This document shows positions 26,387-33,379 of a stretch of DNA of 33,379 nucleotides, piece by piece. Every line of letters starts with the position of its first letter. The first letter of the stretch is position 1. The notes beneath the pieces were generated by a model. It saw only the letters and a list, made by a program, of their open reading frames with translations, was not told where the DNA came from and ran no database searches. This stretch comes from a virus (lineage: Duplodnaviria; Caudoviricetes). Where the stretch lies: positions 1 through 33,379 of IMG/VR virus record IMGVR_UViG_3300037246_000774; one strand, given 5' to 3'. A program made the translations under genes and the position numbers.

Positions 26387-28052
26387 CTGCGCCCTCCACT
26401 GCTTCAGACAATCCACCCTCAAGGTTCTTGTCAACCTTACTCAAGGTCTCGGCCCCAGCCAATGTTTGCTCAACCTGTTCCTGCTGGGCCACTTCTGCTT
26501 GCGCCTGAGCCCTACCCTCTCTTCTCTTGGCAACAACGTCCTTTTCTACCATTATTTCGCCGGGTATTGCGTTGATGTTGGCTAAAGCTCTTGCCGCCTC
26601 ATCCAAGTCGAAGTTATCAAGAATTTCAGGCTCTATTTCCACTAATGGCGCAATGTCAGCAAAGAACTTCCTTATGGGATCTTTCCCGAACTTCTCTCTC
26701 TGTGCCTGAGCAAGTGGGCCTTGATAAATAGGATCAAAGCGGATAGTTGGGTCTTCGGCTACCATTTCCAGCAATATGTCAGGTGGCGCAGGCATCTTCC
26801 CGGCATCCGTCAGTATATTGTAAACATGGTCAAGTAGGCCACTATTTGTCACATTAAATGGCCCAAGCTCCGCACCCGCTACCGTTGCCCTCTCTGCCAT
26901 CATCTCCGATACTTCAAAGGCTGTCCTTTGTCCTTGTCCTGCAAGACGGGTAAGAAGCAAGAACGTATCAACGTGGAATCTCTTTTCGATCATGTCACGC
27001 TTGTCTTGCTCCCTATCGATACCTACCGGAAAGTTCCCGTTGGAGTTGATTGGTGTTATGGTGTCGCCTTGTTTAAGGAAGTTTTGACCATTGGGAGTCA
27101 TCTTGACCTTACCCTCCATATAGGAAGGAACATTTAAAGCTGGCTGAAGGTGCATTTGGGCTGCTCCAAGCAAGGTTTTACTCATTAACTGGAGCCCTTT
27201 AATGTCAGCCATCGCCAAATGCGAAGGGCTTGTGCCGTAAACATCCTTCCCGGTCTTTATGTAGCGCCATACATGATAGGGGAATTCATCAAAGCCTGAT
27301 ACGCGAAGTTCCTTATTTGCTTCATTCCCGCCAATGGAAATCCAAACAGAAGCAAATTTCTTATTCTTAGCGTCTTTTAGTCTGTCGTTGTATTCTTCGC
27401 GGGGATAGACGGCATGGATTACCCCAAACTCTGAGAAAGGGGCATTGTTGACAGCCTGCTTTATTGAGTCAGGAAGTGCATCAAGCCCAAACATTTGTTC
27501 CATCTTCCTGGCAGTCAGCTTTCTCTTGCGGTGCAGCACATCTACTTCACCATATTTATTCTCAGCAATGAATATCTCGCCGGGGTGTATGGTTTCAAAG
27601 ACTATCTTCCCGGTTGCAAGGTCTTCCTCTGGATATATAGCGGCGGTGCCAAGGGTAAAACCATCATAGATAAAAGGCCACATCTCAGCGTAGTAGTTGC
27701 TTTGGTTTAGAGCCATGTACATATTATGCTCTATCTCACCAAGCCATTTCTTAACCTCGATGATCTTACCTATGTCTTTACGGCTCATGGTGTATTTAAA
27801 CCATGCAAAGGCAGGGGAGACGTGGTAGCCATGTATTCCGTTTGTAGCGAGGACAGCGGCCCCTACAGCCGTACCGTCATATATCTTTGTCCCTTTCCTC
27901 GTGCCTTTAGCCTCAGTGCCCATAATATCACTGCGATGTGGGCTCACAAAGTCAGCAACGTCTTGAGTCCCATCATTATAGGGGGATTTGTCCGTTTCCA
28001 GCTTGGATTGCCGGGACATTACGAAGTTTACAAGGGATTGTTGCTCTGCCAT
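26379..28052 (-). CDS. Portal (head-tail connector; T7 gp8/Bbp21-like)
   Basis: KIYDGTA, WF, GTA, RY...DVYG.SP, RTA.EV..M..E, LGP, Y.GPLA.AQ. Confidence 0.9.
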   Translation of the reverse strand: MAEQQSLVNFVMSRQSKLETDKSPYNDGTQDVADFVSPHRSDIMGTEAKGTRKGTKIYDGTAVGAAVLATNGIHGYHVSPAFAWFKYTMSRKDIGKIIEVKKWLGEIEHNMYMALNQSNYYAEMWPFIYDGFTLGTAAIYPEEDLATGKIVFETIHPGEIFIAENKYGEVDVLHRKRKLTARKMEQMFGLDALPDSIKQAVNNAPFSEFGVIHAVYPREEYNDRLKDAKNKKFASVWISIGGNEANKELRVSGFDEFPYHVWRYIKTGKDVYGTSPSHLAMADIKGLQLMSKTLLGAAQMHLQPALNVPSYMEGKVKMTPNGQNFLKQGDTITPINSNGNFPVGIDREQDKRDMIEKRFHVDTFLLLTRLAGQGQRTAFEVSEMMAERATVAGAELGPFNVTNSGLLDHVYNILTDAGKMPAPPDILLEMVAEDPTIRFDPIYQGPLAQAQREKFGKDPIRKFFADIAPLVEIEPEILDNFDLDEAARALANINAIPGEIMVEKDVVAKRREGRAQAQAEVAQQEQVEQTLAGAETLSKVDKNLEGGLSEAVEGAVA

Positions 28053-28074
28053 TTTAGAACCTATGAATCACTTA

Positions 28075-28725
28075 TTAAGTTGTCCCGGTAGTCATGCCAC
28101 CATCCACGCCAACGGTACAGGTGAAATACCAACTCGTTCCATCGGAAATGAACTCACAATAGTCACCTACTGTATCGGCTGTGTCTATCAAAGTCAGTAT
28201 ATCAGCATCTGCATCTGACACACCTGTAGATGTGTTCGCGATTTCGTTGATATGCCCCACCATAATATTATCACCGCCATTGGTGTTTATGGTGTGATCG
28301 TCACTAAAGGCAACGAATACTATGGTTTTAAAATAACATCCAGACACAGGTGCGGGGAGGAATAAGTCTATCCCCGTAGAGGCATGATTAAAGAGTATCG
28401 TTTTTCCACAATCAGCTGCTACCAGTAAGGCTTCGGCTGTTGTAGTTACTGCTTCAACAGACTGATACGACCCAGCACCCGCTGTAAAGGCTACCGTACC
28501 TGAAGCATCGGGAAGAGTTATCGTATTGTCTGCCGTGGGATCTGTTACGACAATGCTCGTTTCAAATGCATCTTCCGTGGCCCCTTCAAGAATAAAAGGG
28601 GTTGCACCTTGGATTTCCCCTGTTATTGTTACCGGCCCTTCAAATTTCCACTTGTCTCCTGTTGTCACTGCGAATGCTGTTGTTGCCACGAATAGCAACA
28701 GTCCTGCCAATATTAACTTTTTCAT
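28075..28725 (-). CDS. Signal-peptide-bearing virion fibre/decoration-like protein
   Basis: MKKLILAGLLLFVATTAFA; EGAT.DAFET...VTDPTADNTITLPDASGTV shaft motif; LPAP, SDGTSWY knob-type motifs. Confidence 0.65.
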   Translation of the reverse strand: MKKLILAGLLLFVATTAFAVTTGDKWKFEGPVTITGEIQGATPFILEGATEDAFETSIVVTDPTADNTITLPDASGTVAFTAGAGSYQSVEAVTTTAEALLVAADCGKTILFNHASTGIDLFLPAPVSGCYFKTIVFVAFSDDHTINTNGGDNIMVGHINEIANTSTGVSDADADILTLIDTADTVGDYCEFISDGTSWYFTCTVGVDGGMTTGTT

Positions 28726-28755
28726 TTTACCTTTCCTCCGTTTAGTTGTTTAGAG

Positions 28756-29106
28756 TTAATTGTTGTCATTCTGAAGCTTCAATCCCAATGCGAGCCATAG
28801 GGCCGCGACATCATTATTTAATATTTGCAGTGCTGCCGCTTCGTCATCATCAAACTCCTGAATTGCTTGCGTAGCCCTTGCCTTTAAATCTACCAGTATT
28901 TGCTCAAAGTTATTTAAGTCAAGCCTGATCTCTCTTATTACTACACATTCATCATCTTTCTTGCTCAATATTTGCAAGTATGTTCTTTCATCTGTGCCTA
29001 AGTCGAAGCATCTAAATATCTCACCAGCATACCTTTTACCGTATATTGTTATTTCATCTCCATCTATTGTCACAAAGTCTTTCAGTTGCGCTTTATTCAT
29101 TATCAC
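28756..29106 (-). CDS. Hypothetical protein
   Basis: In-line ORF with AAGG SD. Confidence 0.65.
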   Translation of the reverse strand: MIMNKAQLKDFVTIDGDEITIYGKRYAGEIFRCFDLGTDERTYLQILSKKDDECVVIREIRLDLNNFEQILVDLKARATQAIQEFDDDEAAALQILNNDVAALWLALGLKLQNDNN

Positions 29107-29114
29107 ACCTTTAC

Positions 29115-29381
29115 TTATCCCAGCGTATCGCCGGATTGTTGTAGCTTTGGTCTGGATAGTATTGTTGATTGCCTGCCCCGCCTTAGTCTAAGTAACTTGC
29201 GCTCTTTGGCTGAAGCGGCTTGCACTTCTGCGTCGTCTGTTGTTGGCGGGCCTGGCGCTGTGGGAATGTCGGGCAATTCCGGTATCAGTGCTTTCTTTAC
29301 TGCTTTCTTTACCGGTTTCGATGTGGAAGTCGCAACCGCAGCGCTTGGGTTAAGTATTGCCTTTAGTCCATCTGAACTCAT
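29115..29381 (-). CDS. Small pre-portal virion protein
   Basis: Pro-rich, RRGRQSTIL...LG C-terminus typical of the gene before the portal in this module. Confidence 0.7.
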   Translation of the reverse strand: MSSDGLKAILNPSAAVATSTSKPVKKAVKKALIPELPDIPTAPGPPTTDDAEVQAASAKERKLLRLRRGRQSTILSRPKLQQSGDTLG

Positions 29382-29402
29382 AATAAACCTCTTTTGGTCA
29401 TT

Positions 29403-29431
29403 ATTATACTACTTTAGGGTTATTGGTGCAA
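29403..29431 (-). promoter_or_regulatory. Sigma70-type promoter for head genes
   Basis: TTGCAC(29431-29426)-17 nt-TATAAT(29408-29403) directly after terL stop. Confidence 0.65.
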
Positions 29432-30709
29432 CTATAAAAACTGGAATGGGTCTATATCTTGAGATTTGTTATCCCTAGCGTCAAGCTTGGGCTTTATGAG
29501 CGTTTCCCATACAACATCATCAGCCGTTGCGAAGGTTCTAAACGCATCTGCCCCATCTGAATATATGTCATGGTCTGGCAGCCTACTTGCCCTTTTAGTG
29601 TCTGGGTCTATTTTGTACTTATATCTTTTTAGACATTGCAGCCCTTCGGCACACTTATCTTTATCAAACCTGCACAGCGGCATGACAGTTCTGACTGCAC
29701 TTAGTCCATCTCTGATGTTTTGCACCCGGGGAACCCTCTCCACCTTCCACCCTAAAGCCTCAAGCTCTTCTTCTACCGTAAAGCCCACAAGGTAGTTGTT
29801 CCCGCCATCATGGGGTATATAGGCAGTCCCGTAAACATACCCTCTGTTCTGCAATACAGTAACATAGTGTGCTAGTTTTTTCCTTGCGTTTTGATAAAAG
29901 TCTATAGCGTAATACTCCAGCTCGGCCTTCTGTATAAACCATATGGACGTCTGATCACCATAGCCCAAGTCCCAAAATATATTGACTGGCTTCTTAGGGT
30001 TGTAAGGCACTACTCCTATCCTGTTCTCTTCATGCAGCATACGCATTTCATCTTCGTAAATGGCACCTTCAACTGACTGCCGGCAATGTCCTTCCCACGT
30101 TACCAGGTATTCGGCATGGTTACGTCTCTTATCGTCCTCCATTTCTTGACGCAAAACATCCGTAAACCAAGGGTTGTCTCTATAATTTACTTTTATCACA
30201 ATTGAATTGGTGGGAGGATTGGCTACAAATCTCTGATATGTTTCATCTTCATCAAGCTCAGGGTTAAAAGATACCCATATTTCTGACCCCTCTTTTCTTA
30301 TTGTGGGGATAAGGAATCTCCAAGATGTCCTCGATACTGTTGCTGCTTCTTCCACCCAGCAATAGTCCACCCCTTCATATGATTTTATCTGGTCAGCATT
30401 GTGGCGCAGTCCTTCAAAGGAAAACTCTGTACCGTTCTTCCCTCTAATAGAATTATCTAATACGTCATAATATGCGCCCAGACCTAAACGTATTATTTGA
30501 TCTGCCAAAACTCTATGGACTGAAGCCTTTATGGATTTTTGTAATTCTCTTGCACAAAGTACCCTGATGGGTTTTTTTATCCCTATTATAAGGAAAGCCA
30601 TAGCAATAGCCCATGACTTAGAACCACCTCTGCCGCCATACAATATCTTATATCGACATGGCTGGAATATAGGCTCTAGTTTTTTGGGAAATTCAGCCTT
30701 TGTCCGCAT
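29432..30709 (-). CDS. terL: Terminase large subunit, PBSX family
   Basis: GGRGGSKS Walker A, LCARELQKSI..SV, WVEEA Walker B, SFNP, WDLG..D, PHD, DAFR; start could extend to 30721. Confidence 0.93.
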   Translation of the reverse strand: MRTKAEFPKKLEPIFQPCRYKILYGGRGGSKSWAIAMAFLIIGIKKPIRVLCARELQKSIKASVHRVLADQIIRLGLGAYYDVLDNSIRGKNGTEFSFEGLRHNADQIKSYEGVDYCWVEEAATVSRTSWRFLIPTIRKEGSEIWVSFNPELDEDETYQRFVANPPTNSIVIKVNYRDNPWFTDVLRQEMEDDKRRNHAEYLVTWEGHCRQSVEGAIYEDEMRMLHEENRIGVVPYNPKKPVNIFWDLGYGDQTSIWFIQKAELEYYAIDFYQNARKKLAHYVTVLQNRGYVYGTAYIPHDGGNNYLVGFTVEEELEALGWKVERVPRVQNIRDGLSAVRTVMPLCRFDKDKCAEGLQCLKRYKYKIDPDTKRASRLPDHDIYSDGADAFRTFATADDVVWETLIKPKLDARDNKSQDIDPFQFL

Positions 30710-31196
30710 CTGCCTCCACAAAAACTACATCTATTCCGGTTATTTCAATAGGGCCACCACCTGGGCCTGACAATTCTCGCTTGTCTCTTAGCCCTAAATC
30801 TCTTGAAATGATGTTAGCATTAAAGGCTCCAACGGTGGCCCCTTCAAACTTATGTGTGTAAATAACTTCTTCTATCCGTGTAATGACTGAAGAAAAATCT
30901 TCCTCATCCTCCTTCAGGCTTGCCTTAACTTGACTTATATAGTGAGTGCTGCACCCCAAGTAAATGCACAGTCCTGATAGCGTATACGGCCTTGCAGTAG
31001 GTGTGCTGGTTGTCTCAGAAGTTTCTATATTAGAAATTCCCTTCTTCTTTGTTGTTGTCTCAGCCCAGGGGTTATTGTCACACCACTCAAAGTATTCGCA
31101 AGCTGCCTCCCATAGCTTTTCAGAAGTAGCAAAGAGTTTATCCCTCCCATGCTTTGACCTTATCTTCCAGAACTGATTTCCTTCAGGTGCAGCCAT
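30693..31196 (-). CDS. terS: Terminase small subunit, P22 gp3-like
   Basis: MAAPEGNQFW..RS.HGR, LWEAACEYFEW, GLC.YL, NANIISRDLGL.DK. Confidence 0.9.
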   Translation of the reverse strand: MAAPEGNQFWKIRSKHGRDKLFATSEKLWEAACEYFEWCDNNPWAETTTKKKGISNIETSETTSTPTARPYTLSGLCIYLGCSTHYISQVKASLKEDEEDFSSVITRIEEVIYTHKFEGATVGAFNANIISRDLGLRDKRELSGPGGGPIEITGIDVVFVEADADKG

Positions 31197-31350
31197 TACT
31201 TCCCTTTTCCTTTCCCCTTACCTTTTGGATATCCTTTTCCTTTTGGCATGATTTATTCTCCTTATTAAAGATTCTATCAAAGTTATCCCTGCCTTCTTTA
31301 GTAAAATGCATTTGTTGACAAGGGAACATGCTGTCTGCTTTCTTTGCCAT
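31183..31350 (-). CDS. Possible 55-aa protein (MAKKADSMFP...RDNFDRIFNK...)
   Basis: Fills the gap after the lipoprotein; weak SD; tail overlaps the micropeptide in another frame. Confidence 0.4.
   Translation of the reverse strand: MAKKADSMFPCQQMHFTKEGRDNFDRIFNKENKSCQKEKDIQKVRGKEKGSNGCT
31196..31249 (-). CDS. 17-aa Lys/Gly micropeptide MPKGKGYPKGKGKGKGK
   Basis: SD AAGGAG upstream; TAA overlaps terS ATG (TAATG); varied third positions keep the KG repeat. Confidence 0.6.
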   Translation of the reverse strand: MPKGKGYPKGKGKGKGK

Positions 31351-31360
31351 TAGGATAACA

Positions 31361-31624
31361 CTACCTGCGCTCCCCTATTATCTCTTCAGGACTAAAATCA
31401 TCGATACTATTACACAAATCTCTCCACACTTTCGCCTGCTCTGCTGTGCTGTAGTGCCTCCTAATACTTCCCACTGTTGCGCCTTTACATATCGTAAATT
31501 CTGCCGCATTTAACGCCTTATCATTAACCTCTGCACCTTTAGAAATTACCTTTTCTATAGTGCCACATCCACTGATTAACCCAAACACCAAGCTAGCTAC
31601 TATCAATCCTTTCATTTTTCTCAT
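31361..31624 (-). CDS. Small lipoprotein
   Basis: MRKMKGLIVASLVFGLISG-C lipobox; SD GGAG; two further Cys. Confidence 0.75.
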   Translation of the reverse strand: MRKMKGLIVASLVFGLISGCGTIEKVISKGAEVNDKALNAAEFTICKGATVGSIRRHYSTAEQAKVWRDLCNSIDDFSPEEIIGERR

Positions 31625-31647
31625 TTCACTGTCTCCATTATCATTAA

Positions 31648-31757
31648 TTGCATGGGAGGGATTCGAACCCCCTCGGAGCGTGTATAACTTCCAGCCACTC
31701 CTGCGTCTACACGTTAGACTTTTCTCTGGCCTGCACCTCGCCACTGTGCACCATGCA
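31648..31757 (-). ncRNA. tRNA-like RNA (atypical or pseudo-tRNA)
   Basis: Acceptor TGCATGG/CCATGCA, D-arm GCAC-AGTGGCGAG-GTGC, T-arm GGGGG-TTCGAAT-CCCTC; no canonical anticodon loop; no encoded CCA. Confidence 0.65.
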
Positions 31758-31782
31758 AAATTTTATCTATCGTCTTCTTCTA

Positions 31783-32187
31783 TCATGGACTTGGCACTCT
31801 CACATACACCTTCAGTTCGCCCACTGCCGAGTTAACAGAGTTGTTTGTCAATACCATTGTAAGCACGGAGTTGATAAAGGGCTCACCGTAGGCATTCCCC
31901 ACCTTGGCAAGTACTTGTTCTGAGTCTGCCGCACTCCTATTGTTCAACTCAGCCTGGAATACATCTACTGCATCATCATCGTTAAGAGCAATATCATACA
32001 AAGCAGTTGGTGCCGTTGTCCCGGGATCTGTCTTGGCGTTCATCAAGTAGCCGGTTACAGTGTCATCCGTTACCGTATCGGGAACACTTCCATCACCTGA
32101 GTCGGCTGTCCATGCCCACACATGTTCCTCCACTATGTCATTCCCTACTCTTATCTTGTTCTTTTTGTATGTTACTGATCCAGCCAT
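31783..32187 (-). CDS. Hypothetical beta-rich virion-type protein
   Basis: WTAD..DGSVP, TDPG.TAPTALYDI.L.D; SD AAGGAGG. Confidence 0.65.
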   Translation of the reverse strand: MAGSVTYKKNKIRVGNDIVEEHVWAWTADSGDGSVPDTVTDDTVTGYLMNAKTDPGTTAPTALYDIALNDDDAVDVFQAELNNRSAADSEQVLAKVGNAYGEPFINSVLTMVLTNNSVNSAVGELKVYVRVPSP

Positions 32188-32197
32188 TTGTTCCTCC

Positions 32198-33265
32198 TTA
32201 TAATCCTATTTTAAATATATTTAATCCCAAATCAGAAATTAACAAATCCACATCATCTTCATTGGCCTTCATCTTTAAACTCAATACATCTCCATCTGCT
32301 ACAGTAAACTCAACAGGAAAAGCCACAACAGCACTAGAATAAGCATCGATAATTTTAACTTCATCTAAATGTATTTTGTGAGCATCAGAACAAGTCACAT
32401 TATTATGCAAAAATAGCAATTCGGATATATTGTTTTCTACGTACAGTCTTCGCGGTCTTGCCACTTTAAATTCCCAAGTTACTCGCTCATAGGGCTCAAC
32501 AGTTGCACCCACATCCTCAAAGTCTTTAGCCAGTTCATTCAAATCATCATAAGCATTAGTTGAATAATTCAACATTTTAACATTTATCCAGTGATTACTA
32601 TTGTTGCTTTGATATGCGCTTGTCCCAATACGTACTATGTCTGGTTCATTTACTTCACCCACCCGAACTTTTACATACGCGCATCCTGTATTTCCCGTTC
32701 CAGCTTCAATAGCGATTAAATCATCACCATCACTGGCATTGAGATAATCAATTGAAGATTGCGTGTCAAACACAGCGCTGCTATCATCTGAAGATATACT
32801 TCTGAAAGTCGGGAATCTCTCTGGCCCTTTCGCCATGGAACGTCTAATATCATCAATTTTAGTGCTATTCTTAAAAATCCCGATAGTAATAGTTTTCCCG
32901 GTAGGGGCATTAAATGAAGCATGTAGTGTACCCACATATCTTCCCCCTAATCCTGTACCGATTGTAATTGTACTCGCACTTTCATCTACTGCAAGGCCAA
33001 TCGTGCTGTCTGAATCATTAGCAGTTGTCCAATTCAGAAAAGTGGTAGAGAGGTTGTAAAATGTCCCCACTCCTCCATTGTTATCTTCGTGCATGTATGC
33101 ACTAGGAGTATCAATGGCAAGAATATTAGTAATACCTGATAGGTCTATGGCTGTTATATCATCAGCAGGGTATAAAATCGTCCCTTCTTGCTTCCACATT
33201 GTACCTATGATGGCCGTCGCTGCGATCAGAAGTGGTATTAAGGCTACAATCAAAAGTCTTTTCAT
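32198..33265 (-). CDS. Signal-peptide-bearing beta-rich protein (virion appendage-like)
   Basis: MKRLLIVALIPLLIAA; TITIG...G.Y...H.SF and V.DGD.LSL C1q/BclA-like strands around an inserted domain. Confidence 0.65.
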   Translation of the reverse strand: MKRLLIVALIPLLIAATAIIGTMWKQEGTILYPADDITAIDLSGITNILAIDTPSAYMHEDNNGGVGTFYNLSTTFLNWTTANDSDSTIGLAVDESASTITIGTGLGGRYVGTLHASFNAPTGKTITIGIFKNSTKIDDIRRSMAKGPERFPTFRSISSDDSSAVFDTQSSIDYLNASDGDDLIAIEAGTGNTGCAYVKVRVGEVNEPDIVRIGTSAYQSNNSNHWINVKMLNYSTNAYDDLNELAKDFEDVGATVEPYERVTWEFKVARPRRLYVENNISELLFLHNNVTCSDAHKIHLDEVKIIDAYSSAVVAFPVEFTVADGDVLSLKMKANEDDVDLLISDLGLNIFKIGL

Positions 33266-33379
33266 TAGAATTTCTCACTCCAGACAAGGCTGACTGAGAC
33301 ATCTGTCGTAGAAGAACTCGCCTCTGCGCTAATAGTAAATATTTCTCCTGGTTCTAATACAATGTTATATCTAGATAAG
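33265..33379 (-). CDS. 3' end of a truncated gene (...LEPGEIFTISAEASSSTTDVSVSLVWSEKF)
   Basis: Open frame to window edge; TAA overlaps next ATG. Confidence 0.6.
   Translation of the reverse strand, partial: LSRYNIVLEPGEIFTISAEASSSTTDVSVSLVWSEKF

Larger units (their letters stand above)
1..33379 (-). mobile_element. Tailed dsDNA bacteriophage genome segment (podovirus-type, BPP-1/T7-like head-tail module)
   Basis: Contiguous terminase-portal-scaffold-capsid-tail tubular-internal virion-tailspike-lysis order; all credible genes on the minus strand; no host housekeeping genes or att/integrase visible. Confidence 0.95.

Noticed and set aside
31700-31725. CTA in the tRNA-like RNA as an amber suppressor or Pyl anticodon; stop-codon recoding
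   Set aside because: CTA is not centred in a 7-nt loop; long genes are intact in code 11 and several end at TAG at sensible positions
31625-31744. N-terminal extension of the 127-aa ORF
   Set aside because: Runs through the tRNA-like element; lipoprotein signal and SD indicate the start at 31624
1-33379. CRISPR array, IS element, integrase or att site
   Set aside because: No regularly spaced repeats, transposase or recombinase motifs found; lifestyle cannot be determined from this window

Overview
The whole window is a co-linear, minus-strand-encoded segment of a tailed dsDNA phage with a podovirus-type (BPP-1/T7-like) head-tail module. No host genes, integrase, DNA/RNA polymerase, primase or helicase are visible. 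In transcription order (right to left) it carries: accessory virion-like genes, a tRNA-like RNA, a lipoprotein, a P22-like TerS, a PBSX-family TerL, portal, scaffold, major capsid, cement, tail tubular A and B, GNAT and internal virion proteins, a 2150-aa polyvalent ejection protein, a beta-helix tailspike, and a lysis cassette (M15 peptidase, lipoprotein, holin). After tandem terminators, a strong sigma70-type promoter drives a string of small early genes: RHH-like, TrpF-like TIM barrel, ssDNA-binding-like, YqaJ exonuclease, VRR-NUC, Zn-finger protein and C5-methyltransferase-like. Four observations stand out. (1) Three virion-type proteins, including the tailspike, begin with Sec-type signal peptides and carry even numbers of cysteines, hinting at export and extracytoplasmic maturation of virion appendages. 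(2) The ejection protein carries two ART-like domains, a HExxH peptidase and a kinase-like domain, each bracketed by a recurring L-x-Q linker. (3) A 110-nt tRNA-shaped RNA has a non-canonical anticodon loop and an oversized variable arm. (4) Several early genes are each flanked by their own 12-19 bp direct repeat. All assignments come from motif recognition by eye; no searches were run.
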